45,227 bases of DNA from a candidate division FCPU426 bacterium (GTDB lineage Bacteria > Oederibacteriota > JAAXVQ01 > JAUVAV01). The stretch covers positions 1-45,227 of the forward strand of contig DAOWGI010000016.1 of the NCBI GenBank assembly GCA_030637655.1, read 5' to 3'. The notes below the pieces were generated by a model that did not search any database, was not told the origin of the DNA, and saw only the letters and a list, made by a program, of their open reading frames with translations. The number at the start of each line of letters is the position of its first letter. Positions within the stretch are counted from its first letter, which is position 1. A program made the translations under genes and the position numbers. Shown piece by piece: positions 28,701 to 37,500 of this stretch.

Positions 28701-29347
28701 ATATTTCCGATCAATACGCGTTATACAATGCCAAGGATGAAGATGAAATCTTAGACCGCATTGTAATTACCAATGAGTATGAGGACAATATTACCATTAC
28801 ACCTGAACTCAAAGTGAAATATACTCCCAGTTGGGGGTTAAAAGCTACTCTGGTTGACCGCTTTCGTTATAACAAAGAACTGTTTAATGAGAAAAACGAG
28901 TACTATGGTAATTTTTGTTCTGTTGACCTGAGATATAAACAATATGTTGTTGATTCTTTGGCATGCCAGCCTGTGTATGTAGGGCGTTTTGGTGCTCGTC
29001 AAGCCAATGCATCTTCACCCATTCACAATACCTACTATTTACCGCAGCAAATCGAAAGGGATGCTTGGGGCGATGTTCCTGTGTTTCATGGCTTTTATTT
29101 AAAGAATAGTTTTATTGTTATTAATGAGTATCAGCTTGCCATTGATGTGGGCCGCGAAATTTCGTACATGTCTAAACACGGCAAAGCTGAAAAAATTAAA
29201 GACCTGCTCGTGCTTGGTGTGACGCGTGATTTGCCACGCGGAAAAATTCGCTTTCGCTATGAATTAAATAAAATTTACTATCCCTATATGGTGGCTAACA
29301 ATTGGGGACAAAGCGCTATTTGGGCAAAATTGGAACTTGCATTTTAA
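25712..29347 (+). CDS. Large exported protein: two CBM-like domains + probable outer-membrane beta-barrel region
   Basis: Signal peptide from ATG 25712; two domain copies; alternating beta-strands; EF-hand-like DKNHNGILD; C-terminal WAKLELAF (terminal Phe). Confidence 0.65.
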   Translation: MRKNTTFLLLLAFCFSFMSTVPVLAIQKYYKAEFRGWRDENTSLGFHATIVGKKNEALVTVPIEYEFGKVMTKEQGMTMDITPNLSLQITVDAITDESSLEVEIMESQPPYSGHKILKNIKDPGTYTIKLSEKTGWEGMRSFWVAIWLHGAGAEAKVSKLQVGEGIKMINEPLAGLKKKRPRNTKKIFGKGLKETKDDFRPDKEKNYAYYEDWSQGLNGWRDDSIEKGLNTIADITGKRKMVLSVKPKVAYGVFMSPPKPLKVDFNIYPFLELEMGQALTDGKVRIRLINSRNPDDFRIIIPNFERSDVYMMNVPDLTGWREEKSFYLEIMLEGEDAELAVNSIGFSKKMATMQGILVQNQTVPAIQIAPLKTLEALNLSVFSDQSYRAQWMDGVAKDADNFRELNRYGIPHRDIGFNEIKQIFYLNMYFRPTDNIESWLGLGYDITNATNNVAWEEPGGRYMDARIDFGTLRYYDLYLGNVAQLGTVYDPLFTDLTFKKDKDFRGILWKPKLGQWQFKFFGTRLSTNSGSGNRENIFMTAVRAVRGFVFTGLGSLQFGVSAMNMTKSNGIMDDNIFTGPDESAAVYKRYVQSLYVKIENNTLVQNRTGEYHYSNLYIKPSYDIEVTIGNSNDADIVAPLNTDASGNLPYFDSGYNTYLDDNAGNFEIREGGNAVVRIPLIINQGINTGERIDPSEVEEIILDLQLGIWNVPEQGTVNVKISSDGETWQTIRTYDLADLAGPGTDPIIDESIVLSAAQLAQYKQGTFEDEETMAKSIVGLDVKGQILGVNIKGEMATSVAHNQTYTGERVNRIEPAGYINLSRGFEGAIINASYFNISAEYSTSFSGFDMVEDNDNSGTLRDSHGDKAGVIFGDVYNIGQPSAEYTHDLYIPKDYLFHEKSDKNHNGILDSRENDHEPDYPYRRDQRGVEVSLIVPRQVLSGLYMSNVEIGIYGHRIERLSRPGHNESLAASLNYRNTDYADMDFSVGVYGARIRDDISDQYALYNAKDEDEILDRIVITNEYEDNITITPELKVKYTPSWGLKATLVDRFRYNKELFNEKNEYYGNFCSVDLRYKQYVVDSLACQPVYVGRFGARQANASSPIHNTYYLPQQIERDAWGDVPVFHGFYLKNSFIVINEYQLAIDVGREISYMSKHGKAEKIKDLLVLGVTRDLPRGKIRFRYELNKIYYPYMVANNWGQSAIWAKLELAF

Positions 29348-29402
29348 AAATTAGATAGATTTCCTGAGGAAAAGGTTGCGGGATATTTTGGAGGTGGCTT
29401 CA

Positions 29403-31436
29403 ATGATAACAGAATGGATTAGGCGGTCACTAAAAATAGGGAAAGGCCTGTTTTTGATAAGTATTTTCTGTTTGGGATTTACTGTGAGTGGACAGGCAGC
29501 TGTTGGTTGGCTTGATGAATTTGAGGCAGACGCCAACCCGCCTTCAGGTTGGGGAACGTATCAAACACAAATGATAAGTGTATCTACAGGTTCAGGTTTT
29601 GCTTACATAACAACTACTGCTGGTAATAATTGGGGTATTGCGGATTCTCCTGATATTACCTTGGATACAGATGTTTATCCTACCCTGGAAGTTGCTGTGA
29701 CTGATTTAAATGTTAGTCTTGGTTTCAGGATTGCTATAGAACATGGTGCTACGACTACCTTTTTAGGAGGGTACGATTATTCTCCTGGTATTAAGTTTTA
29801 TGATTATGTGACGGCTGTCAGGGCAGTTGATGCAGGTTGGACAGGTACCCAAACCTTCAAAGTGCGTGTATTTATTGAAGCTCCTTCACCAGGGTGTACA
29901 GCAACCTTGGATTATATCAAAATTACGGGAGTCTTAAACACGCCTACATATACAATGACAGCTTCTCCAACTGAAACAGACTGGTCACCCACACATACAC
30001 CAACTATTACACTTACACCTACCATTTCAGCAACATCCACTATATCAGCTACTGTCACACATACACCAACTATTACATTTACACCTACCATTTCAGCAAC
30101 ATCCACTATATCAGCTACTGTCACACATACATCAACTATTACACTTACACCTACCATTTCAGCAACATCCACTCCAACGCCAACTTCGACTAATGGTTTA
30201 ACTGAGCAAATAGCTTGGCAGGCTGAGTTTAATTCTTCAGAAGCACCACCGACTGGCTGGTCAGCAAACCAGGTTAATATGAGTTCTTCTGCAGGAACTG
30301 GATATGCTTATGTTACCCTTAATGCCAATAATTGGGGAAATGCAGACTCCATGGATATAAATCTGAATGTGAATGATTATCCAATACTTGAAATTTCTGT
30401 GCCTGATATCAATTTTGGTTTAAGTTGGAGAGTGGCTATTGGGTATACTTCCGGAACCATCACAGCAACAGAATACCTCAATGCCTTTGATGCGACATCT
30501 GGCGTTAATAGTTTTAACTATGCTTCCATCTGTCAGACTTTCAATCCGAGCTGGACTGGAATCCAAACATTTAAAGTAAGAGTATTCATTGAAGCGGAGA
30601 ACCCAGAACCACGCACAGTTTCGATTGACTATATTAGAATTAAGGGATCTGCCATTCCAACACCAACACCCATACCAAGCGACGGGTGGGTAGAGGAATT
30701 TAGTGACCCGGGAGTTTCTACAGCTTGCTGGTCCCTGACTGGAGTTACACTCACTGTTGAATCAGATATTGGTACAGTACGCTTAACGGAGTCATATAAT
30801 CAAGATACCAATCCGGTTTGGCCTTCCATGATTAGTGAAACCATCTACGTGGATGTTGACACCTACTCGTACTTGGTTATGAATACCAGAGATGTTGATC
30901 CCAATGGTAGCGCCCAGTGTACGGTGAAAATCAGAGAAATTGGAAATGAAAATAATCCGGTTACACTTTCACCGAATATTACGCAAGAAGGTGTGCTGGC
31001 TTGGGATTTAAAAACAATTACAGGTTGGAGTGGTACAAAACGATTTGATATCTATTTAGGTATTGGGAGCACGGTGGATGATAAAATTGAGCTCGACGGA
31101 ATTACGATAACCGATACGATACCAACTGCTACACCGACACCGATTATTACAGATAACTATATCCGCCCGGGAGTTAACCTGTTTTTACCGAAACGAGCAC
31201 CTTTGAAGATCTATTGTGGATTGCAGGATTCTACACGTGTAAAACTCAAAGTTTTCAATATGGCCGGGCGATTGGTGCGGACATTGCAAGATAAAGAATT
31301 AACCGGAGCAGTAATTGGAGAAGTGGAATGGGATGGAAAGAATGGGGATGGTGATTTTGTAGCAAGTGGTGTTTATATTATCCGGATAGAATCCAGCAGT
31401 TTTAGTAAAAATATTAGAGTGGCGGTGGTAAAATGA
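29403..31436 (+). CDS. Secreted protein: three CBM-like domains, Thr/Pro-rich linkers, C-terminal FlgD-like/T9SS-like sorting domain
   Basis: RBS ggaggtg; YP.LE.., WTG.QTFKVRVFIEA x2, TGWSGTKRF; CTD VKLKVFN.AGRLVRTL..WDGKN..G..VASGVYII..RVAVVK. Confidence 0.8.
   Translation: MITEWIRRSLKIGKGLFLISIFCLGFTVSGQAAVGWLDEFEADANPPSGWGTYQTQMISVSTGSGFAYITTTAGNNWGIADSPDITLDTDVYPTLEVAVTDLNVSLGFRIAIEHGATTTFLGGYDYSPGIKFYDYVTAVRAVDAGWTGTQTFKVRVFIEAPSPGCTATLDYIKITGVLNTPTYTMTASPTETDWSPTHTPTITLTPTISATSTISATVTHTPTITFTPTISATSTISATVTHTSTITLTPTISATSTPTPTSTNGLTEQIAWQAEFNSSEAPPTGWSANQVNMSSSAGTGYAYVTLNANNWGNADSMDINLNVNDYPILEISVPDINFGLSWRVAIGYTSGTITATEYLNAFDATSGVNSFNYASICQTFNPSWTGIQTFKVRVFIEAENPEPRTVSIDYIRIKGSAIPTPTPIPSDGWVEEFSDPGVSTACWSLTGVTLTVESDIGTVRLTESYNQDTNPVWPSMISETIYVDVDTYSYLVMNTRDVDPNGSAQCTVKIREIGNENNPVTLSPNITQEGVLAWDLKTITGWSGTKRFDIYLGIGSTVDDKIELDGITITDTIPTATPTPIITDNYIRPGVNLFLPKRAPLKIYCGLQDSTRVKLKVFNMAGRLVRTLQDKELTGAVIGEVEWDGKNGDGDFVASGVYIIRIESSSFSKNIRVAVVK
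29990..30173 (+). repeat. Coding tandem repeat, 66-bp unit x about 2.8 (THTPTITLTPTISATSTISATV)
   Basis: Units start at 29990, 30056 and 30122 and are nearly identical at DNA level. Confidence 0.9.
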
Positions 31437-32377
31437 TGATGCTCAAATCCTTTAAATATATTGCGCTTACTCTAATTTGTTTGAGTTTGGTGGTGCTGCA
31501 TGTGCCTGTGCAAGCACAATCAGTCGGGACCAGTAGCGGCTTGCTTTTTATCACTGCCAACACAGCTCGTGCCACAGCCTTGGGAGGCGCAGGCGGAACT
31601 TTAACCGATGATCCCGGGGTTATGTTTTATAACCCGGCAGGATTAACTTCTATTACAAGAAGTCATGGTTTATTTACCCATCAGACTGGAATTGCAGAAG
31701 ACTATTCAGAAATTGTAAATTTTGTCTTGCCGCTATCCTCGTATGGTACCTTTGGCATTGCTTTTGTATATCATGGTATGCCTGATCTTAATGATGCCAT
31801 AAATCAACCAAGTGTTGAAGTGAATGATATTATGGGTATGATTTCTGTGGGGCGCTCTGGTAAAGAATTGCTTAATGATTTTTCCTATGGTTTGAGCGTC
31901 AAGTTTCTAAATTCTGTTATAGGTGAATATTCTGCCAACACTTTTGCTGCAGATTTGGGTGTTCAATGGAAGCCTTCCAAAGATTCACTCCTAGGGTTGT
32001 CTGTTGTTAATTTGGGTATGCCCATGAAGTTTATTGATGAAGCTGATCAGCTGCCATTGCGGTTTGTTTTGTCTGGTAAATATGATTTGCTTACAGGATT
32101 TTTGGAAAAATTTTTTATTGCCATGGATATTGAACAAACCTTAGAAGAAGAAACACGAGTCCATCTTGGTGGGGAATTTGTTTATTCTTCAATTCTAGCA
32201 GGACGTCTAGGTTATATTATTGCTCCTGGGAGTACTGATGGTTTGGCTTTTGGTTTAGGTATTCGGACTGCAATTGGTGCATATAGTTTTCGTTTTGATT
32301 ATTCTTATAAACTGACCAATTGGAGCAATGAGAGTTTGGATGGCCAGCATTTATTTACTGTTGGCTTAATTTACTAG
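31433..32377 (+). CDS. PorV/PorQ family outer-membrane protein
   Basis: TARATALGGA....DDP..MFYNPAGL; A.DLG; NLG..MKF....DQLP; RFDYSY..QH.FTVG; ATGA overlap with the upstream CTD gene. Confidence 0.85.
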   Translation: MMMLKSFKYIALTLICLSLVVLHVPVQAQSVGTSSGLLFITANTARATALGGAGGTLTDDPGVMFYNPAGLTSITRSHGLFTHQTGIAEDYSEIVNFVLPLSSYGTFGIAFVYHGMPDLNDAINQPSVEVNDIMGMISVGRSGKELLNDFSYGLSVKFLNSVIGEYSANTFAADLGVQWKPSKDSLLGLSVVNLGMPMKFIDEADQLPLRFVLSGKYDLLTGFLEKFFIAMDIEQTLEEETRVHLGGEFVYSSILAGRLGYIIAPGSTDGLAFGLGIRTAIGAYSFRFDYSYKLTNWSNESLDGQHLFTVGLIY

Positions 32378-32576
32378 AAATAAAAGTGTGATCTTGATTG
32401 GTTTTATTTTCAGCGAATTACGCTGAATCAACAAATTCAGTATGCACAGAAAAATTTGGCGGCCAAATCCGAGAAAATACTTATGAAATAAGAATAATTA
32501 CTAAAAACCACAGACTTAAATAGATAGTTGTTTTGGATATGTTTTTAAATATTTTTAAGGAAAAAAAACGTACAAT

Positions 32577-32585
32577 TGCTATAAT
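32577..32585 (+). promoter_or_regulatory. Extended -10 promoter of the ABC operon
   Basis: TGcTATAAT, perfect extended -10, about 80 nt before ATG 32667. Confidence 0.55.
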
Positions 32586-32666
32586 GGCCCAATCGCACAG
32601 ATTTTGGTGCATTTGGTAATGTTGATCTGCTACTCAACAATTTTTAGTACAGAAGGGAGTTTGGCA

Positions 32667-33569
32667 ATGCAAGGTATGGATTCCTTATGGAAAGAATCCA
32701 AGCGTAACTGGGGTGTGTATTTTTTTGTGTTACCAGCATTGGTTATCTTTTTGATCTTTGGATTATATCCTTTTATCGAAACATTTAAAATCAGCTTTTT
32801 TGAGTGGGATGGAATTGCCCGGAATCCTACTTTTGTGGGTTTCTATAATTATATCGACATTTTCACGAAAAACAAAGTATGGTGGTCATCGGTTTGGCAT
32901 GCTGTCTTTATTGCTGTTTTTGCCTTAACCATTCAGAATTCAGTTGCTTTATTTCTGGCAGTATTGATTTATCGTGATATTCGTGCTAAACGGTTTTATC
33001 GTGTAGTTTTCTACATTCCTCCAGTCCTTTCTCTGATCGTTGTTGGTTTGATTTGGCGTTTTATCTATAATAATGAATACGGTATCCTCAACCATTGGTT
33101 GAATATGGTTGGATTAGAAAATTTAGCCAGACCTTGGCTGGCAGATCCTAAAACTGCTTTGATCTGCATTGCTGTGGTGCAAAGTTGGCAAGGGTTAGGT
33201 AATGCTTTTTTGCTTTTCTACGCTGGATTGCAGGTTATTCCTGAAGAATTATTTGAAGCAGCTCATGTGGATGGTGCCAATGCCTGGCGTCGATTCATCC
33301 ATATTACAGTTCCTTCGCTAATCCCGGTCAGCACATTAGTCACGATTTTAACACTGCTCGGAACCATGCAAACCTTCCCTTTGGTAATTTCCATGACCAA
33401 TGGCGGTCCTGGTTTTCATACCGAGGTTCCGGTTACGCGTATTTATAAAATGGCATTTGAATCATACCATTTTGGCTATGCCACTGCCGAGGCGGTGGTT
33501 TTGGGTGTTATGCTTTTGATTTTGTCCCTCATTCAATTGAGGATTAGCAGGAAAATGGATAGTCGCTAA
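32667..33569 (+). CDS. Carbohydrate ABC transporter permease (MalF/UgpA-like)
   Basis: RBS aagggag; FVGFYNY; EAA motif IPEELFEAAHVDGANAWRRF.HITVP. Confidence 0.95.
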   Translation: MQGMDSLWKESKRNWGVYFFVLPALVIFLIFGLYPFIETFKISFFEWDGIARNPTFVGFYNYIDIFTKNKVWWSSVWHAVFIAVFALTIQNSVALFLAVLIYRDIRAKRFYRVVFYIPPVLSLIVVGLIWRFIYNNEYGILNHWLNMVGLENLARPWLADPKTALICIAVVQSWQGLGNAFLLFYAGLQVIPEELFEAAHVDGANAWRRFIHITVPSLIPVSTLVTILTLLGTMQTFPLVISMTNGGPGFHTEVPVTRIYKMAFESYHFGYATAEAVVLGVMLLILSLIQLRISRKMDSR

Positions 33570-33625
33570 ACCGCGTTTTTTCTATCTGTAAGAAGAACGA
33601 TTAATTATAAGAAAGGCCAGACAAG

Positions 33626-34465
33626 ATGATTATTAAAATAAACCGCAAGATAGTATCTAATATACCAGCACATGTTGTGCTAATCTTCTGGTCGATTGTG
33701 AGTGTTTTTCCTTTGGTCTGGATGTTTGCTGCTTCCTTGAAAGAGCAGAATGAGGTTTTTTCAAATCTATCTTTAATTCCGCAGGCGTGGAAATTTGTGA
33801 ACTACCTTACTGCTTGGAATGTCGGTAATTTTGGTGTTTATTTTTTCAATTCGCTTTTTTATACGGCAGTCACATTGGGTTTTGCTTTGTTTTTAGCATC
33901 CATGGCAGCCTATGCATTTGCACGCTTTCGTTTTATTGGCAGGAATATCATCTACTTTATGTTTATTGGGTCTTTAATGATTCCCATACCCGGTGCGTTT
34001 ATTCCTCTGTATGTTTTATTAATCAAATTAGGCTTGGCTGATACTCGGTTAGGTTTGATCTTGCCTTATACCAACGCCGCCTTGGCATTGGCAATTTTCA
34101 TTCTAAAAACTTTTTTTGAGAATATTCCCAAAGAAATTGAAGAAGCAGCTGTTGTTGATGGCTGCAGCAAGTTTGATATGTATTGGCGTATTTTTTTACC
34201 TTTAGCCAAACCAGCCATGGCCACTGTGTCTATTTTTACGGTGTTGGCCGTATGGAATGAGTTTTTGTTGGCGTTGATTGTAATTAATAATCGCAATCTT
34301 ATGCCAATCCAAAGGGGTATTATGGTGTTTCAAGGGGAACATTTAACCGACTATCCCTTGCTGATGGCCGGATTGACGATTGCTACTATCCCGCTTCTCG
34401 TGATTTATTTCTTCTTGTCCAAGTATATTTTAAAGGGCATCACAGCTGGAGCAGTCAAAGGGTGA
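33626..34465 (+). CDS. Carbohydrate ABC transporter permease (MalG/UgpE-like)
   Basis: AAYAFAR; IPKEIEEAAVVDGCS; WNEF; C-terminal GITAGAVKG. Confidence 0.95.
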   Translation: MIIKINRKIVSNIPAHVVLIFWSIVSVFPLVWMFAASLKEQNEVFSNLSLIPQAWKFVNYLTAWNVGNFGVYFFNSLFYTAVTLGFALFLASMAAYAFARFRFIGRNIIYFMFIGSLMIPIPGAFIPLYVLLIKLGLADTRLGLILPYTNAALALAIFILKTFFENIPKEIEEAAVVDGCSKFDMYWRIFLPLAKPAMATVSIFTVLAVWNEFLLALIVINNRNLMPIQRGIMVFQGEHLTDYPLLMAGLTIATIPLLVIYFFLSKYILKGITAGAVKG

Positions 34466-34502
34466 CAGCTGCACCCAGTCATTAGGGGGTTTGCACTTAA
34501 GT

Positions 34503-37500
34503 ATGAAAAAAAATATTTGTTGGATTATAGTATTCTCGTTTATCACAAGTTTTTTAAGTTTAACCACCCAAGCGTATGCTGCAGCCAATGTATTGTTTGG
34601 CGAAAAAAAATATTCTATTGTCAGTTGGCGTGATGCTTGGCCGGATAAAACATTGACCGGAGCAAAAATCGAAATTGCCGGTAAGAATGCCAAAATTATC
34701 GGCACGAACACAGATCTTTTTTATGGCATGGTCTATCAGAATATTGAATGGGATTTGGATAAGCATCCCTATCTGGAGATCAATGTAAAATATTGTAATT
34801 CAGATTGGTATATGGTTGTCTCTAATCCAAATATCGAGGATGGCTATAGTAAGAATGACTATATCAAGATAGAGAGAGGCACACAACAAACCGGTCTGCG
34901 CGCTTATAATATAAGAGAAGCTACTGGGCTTCGTGGGAAACGAATCATTCGCTTGGAGATTGGTATTGCCACGTCCGAACGTCCAGGGAATAAGGGGCTT
35001 AGCTTGAAATTTTCCAGCTTGAAATTGGTAGGAAAAAGCAAAGGAAAAAAGATCAAGATAGTTCGGCAAAAAGTACTTTCACCTAAAGAAGCAGCAGCCT
35101 TAGAGCGCGACACCTTAGAGACACAATTGTTAGGCTGGAGTAATCGTGAGAGTAATGGCGGTAGTTCAGGAGCGCATTTAGAAAAAGCTTCTGGTGGCAA
35201 AGTCAGGCTCATTGGTGATTTTCCAAATCAGTCTTATGGATATGTTCATAAAAAAATGACCATTGATTTTTCAAAGATGACCAAGCTGGAAGTTGATGTT
35301 GAAAATGTTGAGTATAATTTATATGTTATTTTTTCTGGAGAACAATTCCGAGGCGGTTATCATCGGTTTTCCTATATTTTTAAACCCGGAACGTATAATT
35401 TTGATCTGAAAAATGAATTTGATTATTTAAAAGGACCGCAAACTTTTGATCTTAAGGTCGGCATAACAACTGAGAATGAAAAAATTTCTAACCGTGGAAA
35501 AAAAGCTGTTGTTTCATACATTAAGTTTATTGGAAAAGGTAAAATCGATTTAGCTCTTGGTCTAATTCCTTCGCAAATCATTGAACCGGCACCACCATTA
35601 GCCAAGCAGCATCAAATAGCTAAAAAATCTTTGCCCAAAGCATTAACTCAAGCCAAGGAATCCTTAGATCAGGGTGGGATTTTAAAAATCTTTGGGAGTA
35701 AATACGAAGCCAAGCCCGTGCCGCAAGTAAGTGATCCGCCTGTTTTTTCTGATGCCGGTAACAGACTGACTATTCGTAATAAATATTATGAAGTAGTTCT
35801 GGATAAGGAAAAGGGTGTATTTGAATCAATTAAAGATAAAGTGCACAATTCACAAGTAGGCATGGGTGTGAAACCAGCCTATTTATGGCGTCTTATGTTT
35901 AAAGATGGTAGTTTTCTCAATTCAGATGATTTTTTAAAACGCGCTGGAGCAAACTTTGCATACCAATGGCTTGAAAAAAAGCAGATGCTCCGTTTTACAA
36001 CCACTCATCAAAAAACAACAATTCAGGTGAATGTTCATTTCAGTGAGTTTAATTATTTTGATTTTGCAGCAGATGTTATAAATGGAGAGGCGCAAGTTAT
36101 TGTTTCCATGGAAACACCAAAATTAAGTTTTAATTATGATAAATTAGATCGTTTCTATTTACCCTGGTATATGGGAATTAGCTTTAATCAATTGTTTTTT
36201 AAGAATAAAAGGCGCTGGAAAACGACCTATCCATTTCTGTTCTCAGATCTAGTCAATTGGTCTATGACTGATGGTGGCCAATTCACTTCCTTCCTGCATT
36301 GGGCAGACAAACCAGTAGAACCGAGTCGAATCAATATTGGCTATTCACGCGGAAAAAAAGGTGTGTACGAACATGTCTGGACCACCTATATTAAACCCAA
36401 AGCAAAATGGGATAGTCAAGCTTTACGGATGGTGGTTGGCGAAAAAATAGAAGCCACCCTGCGCCGCTTTAAGAAAGACAACAAGCTGGAAAAATCGCCG
36501 CTGCTGGTAGACAAACTAGGGAAGAAACTTTTTGATAAAGTAAAAAATGGTGTGTTGCTAAAAATGTCTTTAGATAGCAATCGCAATTTTGCGCATGTGA
36601 ATACCTATTATAAAGAATTGCCAAAACATACGATTATTCATTTTGTGTCTTGGTGGTTGGAAGGATTTGATAGATACATGCCTGATTTTTGGCCAGTGGA
36701 TCCAACCTATGGTACGAATCAGGATTTTAAAGATAGTATTAAGCTTGCGCATAAAAATGGTTTGGTAGTCATGCCTTATACCAATCCAACCTTTTGGAAT
36801 CTTAGTCCAACCTTGACCAGCGCAGGTGGACCCAATGAAATCGCATCCCGTGATTTGAAAAATGAATTACGCTATGAGGTTTATCCTTCCGGCGGCAAGG
36901 GCTGGGCTGCTTCTCCCTGTCACCCGGATGTAGTAAAAGCTGGTGATTATGTGGCTGAGCGGTTTTTTAGAGAATTTGATATTGATATATTGTTCTTAGA
37001 TCAGATCGGTGCCCGTTTTATTTATTACGACTTAAACAAGACAATGGAAAATCCAACTGGCTATACTGAAGCTTGGCTGCAAAACAGTTGGGAATATTTG
37101 AAATTAGGACCATTGTTTACTGAACAAGGATATGATCGACTCATCCCCATGATGAGTTCTTTTAGCGGTCTGGCATCGTTTACTGCTCCACCCAGTTATG
37201 ATTATGACAATTTCTTTGGTAAAGGGAACTGGGAATATTATCCTATGGCTCAATATTTGAGCCACGAACATGTTGCTTTTATGAATCACAATCTAGCGCA
37301 TGAAGTCTTTTGCGAAAGTCATGATAAAATCGCTTGGTACTTGGCCCATGGGTATCATATGCTCAATGGACGCTGGATTTCCGGCTGGCATAGTAAAAAA
37401 CGCTGGTTTTATCTGGCGGATCAGATCCAGAAGCATATTGTTTCGAAATATACAGGTCAACCATTGTTGAATTATTCGCAGCCCATACCTAACCGTGTTT

